Below, piece after piece: positions 56,188 through 64,000 of a DNA stretch of 64,000 nucleotides (position 1 is its first letter; the number at the start of each line of letters is the position of its first letter). The notes under the pieces were generated by a model. It had not been told where the DNA came from, searched no databases, and worked only from the letters and a program-made list of their open reading frames with translations. The stretch spans positions 48,060 to 112,059 of the forward strand of contig JABCNV010000002.1 in NCBI GenBank assembly GCA_013333935.1. The letters run 5' to 3'. The position numbers were made by a program, and so were the translations under genes. The stretch is from Prevotella sp. (GTDB lineage: Bacteria > Bacteroidota > Bacteroidia > Bacteroidales > Bacteroidaceae).

Positions 56188-57261
56188 TTAATGTAAAATT
56201 TTCCCCTTCATTGAAGATGAGAACCACACTCTGTTATGTCCTTGCCGATCGGCATAAATAAGGTAAGCCATCAGCTCGGGATGCTTTTCAAGCACCTTCT
56301 GTGCTTTGTCAAGTCCCATCACCATGAACGATGTGGCATAGGCGTCAGCCACTGCACATCGGTCGGCAATGACGGTAGCCGACAGTATGTTGTGCTGAAC
56401 AGGATAACCTGTCTTGGGGTCAATGGTGTGCGCATACTTCTTACCGCCTTTATAATAGAAGTTACGGTAGTTACCACTTGTAGCCATTGCCTTGTCGGTA
56501 ACGTTGAGAACGGTCTGTAGTTCTTGCTGTTGCTGCAGCGAGTCATCCACTGGTTTAGTTACGCCTATGCGCCAGGGCACCCGTTCGGGACTAATACCGC
56601 TGGTGACAATCTCACCTCCAATCTCAACCATAAAGTTGTCAATGCCTTTGCTTCGTAGGAAATTTGCCACCACGTCAGAGCCATATCCCTTGGCAATTCC
56701 TGAACAATCGAGCATGATGCGTGGGTCTGTCTTCACCACACGACCGCCTGCGAGCCTAACCTTTTGGTAGCCGATAAGCTGTTTGAGCGAATCAATGACA
56801 TGCTTGTCAGGTGGCACACCGGTTTTGAAACCGAAGCCCCATTCGTTAACAAGCGGTGCAACGGTAATGTCAAAAGCTCCGCCTGTTTCGCGCGATATTT
56901 CCTCAGCGAGGGTAAACACTTCCGTAAACATATTGTCTAAACATACGTTCCGGTTTTGGTTTACTTTCGAAATGACACTCTGTGGCTCAAAGGTAGACAG
57001 CGACGCGTTTACCTTATTCATTTCCCTTTCTATATCTTTTTGCAGGTCAATATCGCTCTGATAGGTGATGTTGTATGTCGTTCCGAAGATGAATCCGGCA
57101 TTATGTTGGTAGGGTGTATTGTGCTGTTGGGAGACAATAACCACCGTCCCGACGATGAGCAAAGCCAGCAAGGGCACTTGCCAGAGCAGGCTGCGACGTT
57201 TTTGGTCTGGTTTGTTTGTAGCCAGATCCGGTTTATTTGTAGTGGTTTCTGGGGAGCTCAT
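56188..57261 (-). CDS. apbE: FAD:protein FMN transferase (ApbE)
   Basis: ApbE family signature region (DCSGIAKGYGSDVVANFL... GGEI...). Confidence 0.8.
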   Translation of the reverse strand: MSSPETTTNKPDLATNKPDQKRRSLLWQVPLLALLIVGTVVIVSQQHNTPYQHNAGFIFGTTYNITYQSDIDLQKDIEREMNKVNASLSTFEPQSVISKVNQNRNVCLDNMFTEVFTLAEEISRETGGAFDITVAPLVNEWGFGFKTGVPPDKHVIDSLKQLIGYQKVRLAGGRVVKTDPRIMLDCSGIAKGYGSDVVANFLRSKGIDNFMVEIGGEIVTSGISPERVPWRIGVTKPVDDSLQQQQELQTVLNVTDKAMATSGNYRNFYYKGGKKYAHTIDPKTGYPVQHNILSATVIADRCAVADAYATSFMVMGLDKAQKVLEKHPELMAYLIYADRQGHNRVWFSSSMKGKILH

Positions 57262-57986
57262 AGTTCAAAAATAATATTGAATGTACCACCGAGACGCGAA
57301 GCACCTTGCCGTCCGTAGCCCGGAACGTACCATGTGTTACCCAGAAATCCGTCATCGTGTACAATGCGTTTTCTGTATCTTACCGTCCATCCTAAGCGAA
57401 GCGGGCCTGTTATTTTTGCATCAATTCCCACAACAGCCTCTAACCAATGATAGTGTCCTTTGATATTATGAAAGCTGAAAGGTGTCCCTCCGCCCCAAAC
57501 AGGGTCGATTACATCAGCGTGGTCAATGTTGAATTTATAATAAGTAAGGGCATACCTCATGCCTGCATACAGACGGTAAATGTCGTGTTTGTTCTTCATC
57601 AGGTTGAAGTCGACGCCAATCTTTCCGTATGGAGCCGATGTCTTAAATGCGGTCTGGGTTATGTCGTTTCTTTCGTCGGCCCGGCCCCATCCGGCTTCAA
57701 TCACGGGGAAATACTTGTCTTTCAGGTTCACCCTCACTATGCCTTCAACCTGTCCGTAGCTCGACAGGCCCATCTGAATCAGTCCGATAGCGTCGACACC
57801 AGCCTGCACACCACGGAAGAAAGGTATCGAGTCGTCAACCTGTTTCAAGCGCAGGCGCTCCTGTTCAGCCTTTGAAGGGCGTTGCTTGCCCGTCTGTGCC
57901 TGCATGGTCAATGCACCTGCAAGCAGAGCCAGACTAAAGGCGATACTCTTTAAAATAGATATAGAAATGCTTGGGTGACGCATCAT
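57258..57986 (-). CDS. putative outer-membrane beta-barrel protein (DUF6048-like)
   Basis: Signal peptide, alternating beta-strand pattern, and a C-terminal aromatic residue (FNIIFEL). Confidence 0.5.
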   Translation of the reverse strand: MMRHPSISISILKSIAFSLALLAGALTMQAQTGKQRPSKAEQERLRLKQVDDSIPFFRGVQAGVDAIGLIQMGLSSYGQVEGIVRVNLKDKYFPVIEAGWGRADERNDITQTAFKTSAPYGKIGVDFNLMKNKHDIYRLYAGMRYALTYYKFNIDHADVIDPVWGGGTPFSFHNIKGHYHWLEAVVGIDAKITGPLRLGWTVRYRKRIVHDDGFLGNTWYVPGYGRQGASRLGGTFNIIFEL

Positions 57987-58422
57987 AGTCGATTTCCTTA
58001 TGGTTGATGACGATTAAGTCGATGGCATGGCGGGTGTATCGTATGCCGGTGATGGTGTGGAAGAAATTCAGTCCACAGTCGGTCGACTCGAAGTGAGGAC
58101 GGTTGGTTTTTTGCATCCAGACGGTGTCTTTATGCTGTCCGATATAGAAGAATAGCACGTCTTCGTCATGTCCGTAGCTCACGGGAAGCGTAAAGTTTTC
58201 GGCGTCATACTTTTTGTTCAGCAGCACCGAGTCGCGCTTGCCCTGACGTGGCGTAGATATGGTCAGCGTGTCGTTGAGTTTCGTTACCGGCCCCTTGAGC
58301 TGGTAATTGGCATATACGGTGTTGTTCAGCGGACAGTCTACCGACGTGCATGCAGCCACGAACACAACGACAACAAGTGCTGCGAACAGTCCTTGCAGCG
58401 ATGACAATCGTTTTGTTTTCAT
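57934..58422 (-). CDS. hypothetical lipoprotein (DUF6452-like)
   Basis: Lipobox VAACTS. It overlaps the downstream gene start by 53 bp. Confidence 0.5.
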   Translation of the reverse strand: MKTKRLSSLQGLFAALVVVVFVAACTSVDCPLNNTVYANYQLKGPVTKLNDTLTISTPRQGKRDSVLLNKKYDAENFTLPVSYGHDEDVLFFYIGQHKDTVWMQKTNRPHFESTDCGLNFFHTITGIRYTRHAIDLIVINHKEIDYDASPKHFYIYFKEYRL

Positions 58423-58427
58423 AGTCG

Positions 58428-59381
58428 TTAGTTAAGTGTTTCTTCTATCTGGTAGTCGTTACGCTGTGGATTCTGCCTGCTTAACAGGTCTCCAATGAAA
58501 CCGGCAAGGAAGAATTGCGACCCCAGTATCAGTGCCGTCAGTGCAACAAAAAACGATGCATGGTCTGAAAGAAGGTCGCCATAGGTACCGTTGTACAAGT
58601 TAATGACCTTGTCAACACATAGCCAGCACAGGGCGATAAAACCGATAAGGAATATGGCGCTGCCTATAAAGCCGAACACGTGCATGGGTTTTTTGCCGAA
58701 GTTGGTAAGGAACCAGAGCGTCAATAAATCAAGGTATCCGTTGAAGAAACGGTTGATACCGAACTTCGAACTGCCATATTTGCGCGCCTGATGGTGCACT
58801 ACCTTTTCGCCAATACGGTCGAAACCGGCGTTCTTTGCCAGATAGGGGATGTAGCGATGCATCTCACCATACACTTCGATATTCTTGATAACGTCGCGCC
58901 GGTAGGCTTTCAGTCCGCAGTTAAAGTCGTGTAAATTGTGCACGCCGCTTATGCGGCGGGCCGTAGCATTGAACAGTTTCGTGGGGATAGTCTTGGTCAG
59001 CGGGTCATACCTTTTCTGCTTATAGCCTGATACGAGGTCGTATTTCTCCTCGGTAATCATACGGTAAAGCTCGGGAATTTCGTCGGGCGAATCCTGCAGG
59101 TCGGCATCCATCGTGATGACAACATCGCCTTCGGCCTTTCTGAAACCGCAGTAAAGGGCCGGACTTTTACCGTAGTTGCGGCGGAACTTTATGCCTTTTA
59201 CGTTTTTGTCCTTATCGGCGAGCTGTTCAATTACTTCCCACGAGTTGTCGGTAGAACCGTCATTAATGAAGATGATTTCGTAGGTAAAGTGATGGTCTGC
59301 CATCACGCGCTGTATCCATGCGTGCAGTTCGGGCAGTGATTCTGCCTCATTATAAAGAGGTATAACAACCGATATGTTCAT
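58428..59381 (-). CDS. GT2 family polyprenol-phosphate glycosyltransferase (DPM1/ArnC-like)
   Basis: ISVVIPLYNEAESL... TMDADLQD (DxD), with C-terminal TM helices. Confidence 0.85.
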   Translation of the reverse strand: MNISVVIPLYNEAESLPELHAWIQRVMADHHFTYEIIFINDGSTDNSWEVIEQLADKDKNVKGIKFRRNYGKSPALYCGFRKAEGDVVITMDADLQDSPDEIPELYRMITEEKYDLVSGYKQKRYDPLTKTIPTKLFNATARRISGVHNLHDFNCGLKAYRRDVIKNIEVYGEMHRYIPYLAKNAGFDRIGEKVVHHQARKYGSSKFGINRFFNGYLDLLTLWFLTNFGKKPMHVFGFIGSAIFLIGFIALCWLCVDKVINLYNGTYGDLLSDHASFFVALTALILGSQFFLAGFIGDLLSRQNPQRNDYQIEETLN

Positions 59382-59404
59382 GCCATGTTTGTTTTATTCT
59401 GTGT

Positions 59405-59941
59405 TTATTTGCTCCTACGGCACACCAAGGCTATGGGCAGACTCATGATGAAACCTGCTATAAGGTTCTGCATCATGAAGATAAAGGCCTTCTCGACAGG
59501 CGAGAGCTGGAGCATGAGGTCTTTTATATTGGTCAGCTCCTGCGTGGTCATGCCCTGCGCCCTATATGCGGGTTCCAGAACTTTCATGCCATTGGCGAGG
59601 AGCATGTTCAGCGAACCGTTGTCGAAAAAACGGAGGTAAACATACTGTATGACGGCAAAAAGCAGTGATGCGTAGAAAAAAATGTATAGCGACAGAGCCC
59701 ATGCACGCCTGAAAGATATGACGCCATCAAGCACCCCGTTGCGAAAACGCATGAGCAGAGAACCCACAAGGAAAGGCGTGCCCATGGCCAGCAGGCTGCC
59801 CCATGACGACGTGGGAGCAAGGACGACAGCCAGAAAGCTGGCTGTCCACAGCAGGGCAACGAACACGCCGTCCTGGCGTGCGAAAGCCTTTAGCTGCACA
59901 AGAGCTGCAATGTTAATCATATATCTTGCAAAGTTAAACAT
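59405..59941 (-). CDS. DUF4199 membrane protein
   Basis: 178-aa polytopic protein, a typical partner of the GT2 gene in Bacteroidota. Confidence 0.6.
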   Translation of the reverse strand: MFNFARYMINIAALVQLKAFARQDGVFVALLWTASFLAVVLAPTSSWGSLLAMGTPFLVGSLLMRFRNGVLDGVISFRRAWALSLYIFFYASLLFAVIQYVYLRFFDNGSLNMLLANGMKVLEPAYRAQGMTTQELTNIKDLMLQLSPVEKAFIFMMQNLIAGFIMSLPIALVCRRSK

Positions 59942-60172
59942 TTTATACAGAACGAAAAGTAGGCTATTCGAAAATTATGTTAAATGCAGATGATTAGCCC
60001 GTAAAGGCTGCATGGTTTCGCAATATATATATTACCTTTGCATCCGCAAAAGAGAAAAGCTCTCTGAAACATGGGCAAGTCTCCTACGACCAGCTCCTGA
60101 GGAATCCCCCAGGACGGGAACGAAGCAAGGGTACTTGGTTGTAGCGGTGCGATAGGAACAGCTTGCCCACCT

Positions 60173-60246
60173 GCCTCTTTAGCTCAGTTGGCCAGAGCAC
60201 GTGATTTGTAATCTCGGGGTCGTTGGTTCGAATCCGACAAGAGGCT
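60173..60246 (+). tRNA. tRNA-Thr (anticodon TGT)
   Basis: Manual cloverleaf. Acceptor GCCTCTT/AAGAGGC, D-arm GCTC-AGTTGGCCA-GAGC, anticodon loop TTTGTAA, T-arm GTTGG-TTCGAAT-CCGAC, discriminator T. CCA is not encoded. Confidence 0.85.
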
Positions 60247-60349
60247 CTTCGGAAAGAAAGAATGATTGTATAATAGGATGGGATGTCGGCGCGGCTGATG
60301 TTTCATCCTTTTTTGTTTCCCGTAGCCTGCACCTGCCTTGTCTTGTAAT

Positions 60350-60545
60350 TGTATTACGCCGTGGCGGCCCTTGCCTGTAAGTGCAAGGGTGGGGGTGCGG
60401 CGGCCGTCGAACGCTCGTACGGCAGCCGCCGTACAGGCATGATGGCGATCGTGGTAACACGTGTATGGCGGCCGCCGTATGGGCAGGTTGGCATCGTAAG
60501 GGGAGAAGACGGGTGTAGTGGGGAATGTGCCTGCCCGGCGTCATC
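60350..60545. repeat. repeat family B, copy 3 (immediately downstream of tRNA-Thr)
   Basis: ggcggccgtcgaacgctcgtacggcagccgccgtacaggc and tatggcggccgccgtatggg; it also holds an internal hairpin, cccttgc-ctgtaagt-gcaaggg. Confidence 0.7.
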
Positions 60546-60716
60546 GCTGAACGTCAACCCTGTACCCGCAGATGCATAAAAATGTTTGAATTTGTTTCTG
60601 ATACCGAAAATACGATGTATCATGCACGATATTTAGTTAATAAGACTTAAACCTTGCGGTAAATCGCCTGCGATGTTGTTTCAAATTGCTATCTTTGCAG
60701 CCAAACAAAAAGACAA

Positions 60717-61190
60717 ATGGCTTACGAACAACTTCAGCTTCAGAATCAGCTCTGCTTCAGGCTTTATACGGCCAGCCGCCTGATTACGCAGGCTTATGAG
60801 CCTTATCTTATGCCGCTTGGCCTTACTTATACGCAATACCTGGTGCTGATGGTGCTCTGGGAGAACGATGAGCAGCCGGTGAACGACATAGGCAAACGGT
60901 TGCTGCTGGGCATTAACACGATGTCGCCGCTCATCAGGAGGATGGAGAAAGCAGGCCTGCTTTCGCGTCACGACAGCCCGAGCGACAAGCGTCAGCAAAT
61001 CGTTTTCCTGACCGCGAAAGGCCATGAAATGCGCGAGAAATGCGCCTTGATACCGCGGTGTATGGTTGCCGACCTTGCCGATTGCGGCATAGAAGCCGAA
61101 CGCGTTATGGAGATAATGCCGGTGCTGGACGAAGTAATAGAAGGATTAAATCAACGGATAAAGCCGAACCAACAAAAAAGAAAATTATAA
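60717..61190 (+). CDS. MarR family transcriptional regulator (OhrR-like)
   Basis: Winged HTH (VNDIGKRLLLGINTMSPLIRRMEKAGLLSR). Confidence 0.75.
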   Translation: MAYEQLQLQNQLCFRLYTASRLITQAYEPYLMPLGLTYTQYLVLMVLWENDEQPVNDIGKRLLLGINTMSPLIRRMEKAGLLSRHDSPSDKRQQIVFLTAKGHEMREKCALIPRCMVADLADCGIEAERVMEIMPVLDEVIEGLNQRIKPNQQKRKL

Positions 61191-61678
61191 TGAAAAGACT
61201 ATTTCTTATCAGCATTGCCATGACTGTTGCCGGTCTGACAAGTTGCTCCGGAAACAGCCAACAGGCAAAAAGTGTTGTGAAAAAGCAAGTATTAACTCAG
61301 CAAAATGCGAAAAAAATGAACGTACAGGAACTGACAGCCGAGACTTTCAAGCAGAAAGTGATGAACTATGATATACATCCGAACGAGTGGATTTTTGAAG
61401 GAAGCCGCCCTGCTATCATCGATTTCTATGCTACATGGTGCGGTCCTTGCAAGCAGACGGCGCCCATTGTTGAGAAGCTGGCCGAAGATTATGCGGGCCG
61501 GATAGACGTGTATAAGGTCGACGTTGACCAGCAACAGGAACTTGCTGCGTTCTTCGGGGTGCAGTCGATACCCACTATTCTGTTCATCCCGAAAGAGGGA
61601 ACGCCGCAGCGTGTGAGCGGAGCAATGCCGCGATCGGGCTTTGACGAGGCCATCAAGCAGGTGTTTAAGATGGAATAA
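61190..61678 (+). CDS. thioredoxin-family lipoprotein
   Basis: ATG at 61190 overlapping the MarR stop. Lipobox LTSCSG and a WCGPC active site. Confidence 0.8.
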   Translation: MKRLFLISIAMTVAGLTSCSGNSQQAKSVVKKQVLTQQNAKKMNVQELTAETFKQKVMNYDIHPNEWIFEGSRPAIIDFYATWCGPCKQTAPIVEKLAEDYAGRIDVYKVDVDQQQELAAFFGVQSIPTILFIPKEGTPQRVSGAMPRSGFDEAIKQVFKME

Positions 61679-61788
61679 TCTTAACACAGATTCGGCAGGT
61701 TTACATGGATTCATAAGATGAAATTGTTTGCAGGATGATGGCAATCCGCAGTTTTGTACATGCAATATAAACCATAAAACGAAGAGTT

Positions 61789-62043
61789 ATGGCAGAAAGA
61801 GATCTGGTTCTTGTGGAGATTTGCGACAACCCTGTGTTGGCAGAGGAAGTGAAGTGCAGGCTTGAAGAAGCCGAAATTCCCTGTATGGTCATCGACCAGA
61901 CGCTTACGGGTGTCAACGGCGGCTACGGCGCTTTGCCAGGATTTGCCATAAAGGTATTTTCCAAATACGAAGAACGTGCCAGGGCTATCGTCGACGAAAT
62001 CATGGACGAAAGGCGTCAGGATGTATCCGATATTGAAGAATGA
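61789..62043 (+). CDS. DUF2007 domain protein
   Basis: 84-aa protein with the typical DUF2007 fold (LVEICDNPVLAEEVKCRLEEAEIPCMV). Confidence 0.6.
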   Translation: MAERDLVLVEICDNPVLAEEVKCRLEEAEIPCMVIDQTLTGVNGGYGALPGFAIKVFSKYEERARAIVDEIMDERRQDVSDIEE

Positions 62044-62078
62044 TGCAATCTTCTGCTTCGTAAAATTATTTCATTGCT

Positions 62079-62585
62079 ATGGTCTGTAATCGTCCGGCGG
62101 ACGTGATTCGCCCTGAAAAACTGCGTCTGCTCTTTATCTGTCTGGGCAATATCTGTCGTTCGCCCGCCGCACACGCGGTGATGCAGCATAAGATAGACGA
62201 GGGCAGACTGTCAGAAAGATTTTATGTTGACTCCGCAGGGATTGGCGGATGGCATGTGGGGCAGCTGCCTGATAAGCGCATGAGGGAACACGGTTACCGC
62301 AGAGGCTACCGCATTGACCATCGTGCACGCCAGTTCGATGCATCGGAAGATTTCCGCCGTTTCGACTATATTATTGTTATGGATCATGATAATTACAACC
62401 ATATTACGTCGTTGTCGCCCGACGAAAAGCATCGTAAAAAGGTGCTGATGATGGCCGATTTCTTTACTCGTCATGATGGAGAAACCATTGTTCCAGACCC
62501 TTATTACGGCGACGGCAGCGCCTTTGAATATGCCCTCGACTTGATAGAGGATGGATGTGAAGGGCTTTTACGGCATTTCAAATAA
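62079..62585 (+). CDS. low-molecular-weight protein-tyrosine phosphatase
   Basis: CLGNICRSP (CX5R) and DPYYGD motifs. Confidence 0.85.
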   Translation: MVCNRPADVIRPEKLRLLFICLGNICRSPAAHAVMQHKIDEGRLSERFYVDSAGIGGWHVGQLPDKRMREHGYRRGYRIDHRARQFDASEDFRRFDYIIVMDHDNYNHITSLSPDEKHRKKVLMMADFFTRHDGETIVPDPYYGDGSAFEYALDLIEDGCEGLLRHFK

Positions 62586-62631
62586 ACGGGAAAGACCGGT
62601 CAGATAAACAGAAGAGGCCGGTTAAATAGAC

Positions 62632-62676
62632 AGAAAGAACCGGACATGATTGTGCCGGTTCTTTCTGTTTCTTCTT
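62632..62676 (+). terminator. rho-independent terminator after the LMW-PTP gene
   Basis: AGAAAGAACCGG-acatgattgtg-CCGGTTCTTTCT followed by GTTTCTTCTT. Confidence 0.75.
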
Positions 62677-62882
62677 ATCGTGCACTATAAATCAAAAGTC
62701 ACGCTATCTGTTTTTTTATGTTATTGTTCTGCTATTGGTACGTTTTATTTTTACCTTAATGGTTAAGGGCGGTTGTTATACAGCCTTTGTTACATGGCGG
62801 GAAGCATGGAAATTTGTGCCTATCATGCAATAAAAAACCGAAATAATGGGAAAAAACATACAGCGCTTTAAACACAATTTGT

Positions 62883-62890
62883 ATATTTGC
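62883..62890 (+). promoter_or_regulatory. putative -7 box TATATTTG upstream of the patatin gene
   Basis: gTATATTTGcatgacaattattgataacgattaccgcaaATG. Confidence 0.4.
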
Positions 62891-62919
62891 ATGACAATTA
62901 TTGATAACGATTACCGCAA

Positions 62920-63765
62920 ATGAAAACAGGACTTGTTTTAGAGGGTGGCGCCATGCGCGGCCTGTTCTCCGCGGGTGTAACAGATGTTTTGATGGAGAAT
63001 GGCGTGGTGTTTGACGGCGTGATAGGCGTTTCGGCCGGAGCTTGCTTTGGTTGCAACGTCAAGTCGCACCAGGCGGGGCGTGTCATTCGCTATAACAAGG
63101 CTATGGCTCATGAGTGGCGTTATGCCTCGTTGAGGTCGTTGTTGACGACCGGCGACTACTTCGGGGGTGAGTTCTGCTATCATTATATGCCACGGCATAT
63201 TGACATTTTCGATAAACAGACCTATGATAACGACCCGTCCGAATTCTGGTGCGTGTGCACGGATGTGGAGACGGGTGAGGCCGTTTACAAGCACTTTGAT
63301 ACGGTTGATGACGAGATGCTCGAGTACATTCGCGCGTCGGCGTCGATGCCTGTCGTCTCAAAGGTGGTTGAAATTGGCGGCCGAAAGCTCCTCGACGGGG
63401 GCATTGCCGATTCGATTCCCTTAAGATTTTTCCAGCGTCAGGGCTATGAAAAGAATGTGGTTGTACTGACGCAGCCCGAAGGTTACGTCAAGACGCATAA
63501 CCGTCTGTTGCCTTTGATGAAGCCCTTTATCCGAAAATATCCCAGCCTTGTGCACGCCCTTGATACGCGTCATGAGATGTATAACGCCCAGACGGCGTAC
63601 GTAAGTGGAGAGGAAAATGCAGGGCGCGCTTTCGTGATACGTCCTGCCGAAGCGCTGAAAATAGGGCATGTGTCACACGACCCTGCCGAGATGCAGGCCA
63701 CTTATGACCAGGGACGCCGGCAGGCGATGGCGTCGTTGGACAGTTTGAAGTGCTTTTTGGCATAG
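62920..63765 (+). CDS. patatin-like phospholipase
   Basis: GGAMRG oxyanion motif, GVSAG nucleophile elbow and a DGG catalytic Asp. Confidence 0.8.
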   Translation: MKTGLVLEGGAMRGLFSAGVTDVLMENGVVFDGVIGVSAGACFGCNVKSHQAGRVIRYNKAMAHEWRYASLRSLLTTGDYFGGEFCYHYMPRHIDIFDKQTYDNDPSEFWCVCTDVETGEAVYKHFDTVDDEMLEYIRASASMPVVSKVVEIGGRKLLDGGIADSIPLRFFQRQGYEKNVVVLTQPEGYVKTHNRLLPLMKPFIRKYPSLVHALDTRHEMYNAQTAYVSGEENAGRAFVIRPAEALKIGHVSHDPAEMQATYDQGRRQAMASLDSLKCFLA

Positions 63766-64000
63766 CCTTTCTTGGGTGCATTGTGATTGTCGGTTCCTAT
63801 ACTATATAAGGTATAGTTAATGATGATTACACTGTAGTTTTGTAGGCATACAATCATCATGTTTAGGTATTTTGACCTTTAACCGCCGCTTTTCTCATTG
63901 TCATACCGGAAATTATTCTTACTTTTGGGCTGGAAAATAAATCCTTATCGTCTTCATGCTGTGGCATGACAGAAGCCCTGTTAGTCGCCGCCGACATGCA

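Noticed and set aside
60060-60172. Possible structured ncRNA upstream of tRNA-Thr (GGGCAAG ... CTTGCCC flanking about 95 nt)
   Set aside because: There is only one 7-bp inverted repeat and a weak internal pairing. There is no match to SRP, 6S, RNase P or tmRNA signatures. The evidence is insufficient.
60179-60623. ORFs of 76-121 aa overlapping tRNA-Thr and the downstream repeat
   Set aside because: They overlap a tRNA and a GC-rich repeat, with low-complexity products.
59990-63765. Mobile element or genomic island anchored at tRNA-Thr
   Set aside because: The downstream genes (MarR, thioredoxin, DUF2007, LMW-PTP, patatin) are ordinary chromosomal functions. No integrase, transposase or att-like duplication is present.

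Overview
This 64 kb window is chromosomal DNA from a Bacteroidota genome. The evidence is gldH, the PSP1/RicT-like gene after holB, DUF4199/DUF4230/DUF6048-type proteins and -7 promoter boxes of the TAnnTTTG type. The content is Prevotella/Bacteroides-like. The window is densely coding (about 62 CDS and one tRNA-Thr) and mostly housekeeping, with no rRNA, CRISPR, integrase or transposase.

Recognisable gene blocks include:
- **Cell-shape cluster (minus strand):** purH'-mreB-mreC-mreD-mrdA-rodA, converging on a plus-strand metF-holB-PSP1/RicT-gldH block.
- **Nitrosative-stress module:** Crp/Fnr, RIC and DUF488.
- **Lipid-headgroup locus (35.7-41.5 kb):** two convergent, translationally coupled operons. 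One encodes an IPCT/LicC-like nucleotidyltransferase, an ATP-grasp protein, a CDP-alcohol phosphatidyltransferase and a HAD hydrolase. The other encodes PgpA, GtrA, a PgsA-like CDP-alcohol phosphatidyltransferase and a PAP2 enzyme carrying a sphingomyelin/IPC-synthase-like HYxxDV motif. I think this is the most likely candidate for an undescribed or poorly described system, possibly an inositol-phospholipid or inositol-sphingolipid headgroup pathway that runs through a CDP-alcohol intermediate.
- **Large fusion protein:** a 1485-aa HgdC-HgdC-HgdB-like (2-hydroxyacyl-CoA dehydratase activase-type) protein is transcribed divergently from the lipid locus.

Several genes look damaged or atypical:
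- purH stops after its IMP-cyclohydrolase domain.
- purD carries a frameshift.
- A DUF5686 gene carries an in-frame TAA.
- An M3 peptidase has HEFGN in place of the HEXXH zinc motif.

Two dispersed intergenic repeat families are present:
- an AT-rich family of about 22 bp tandem and palindromic CCTTTACGNCGTAAAGG-type units at three loci;
- a GC-rich GGCGGCCGCCGTACA-type family at three loci.

All assignments rest on reading the six-frame translations and motifs by eye. No database search was run.
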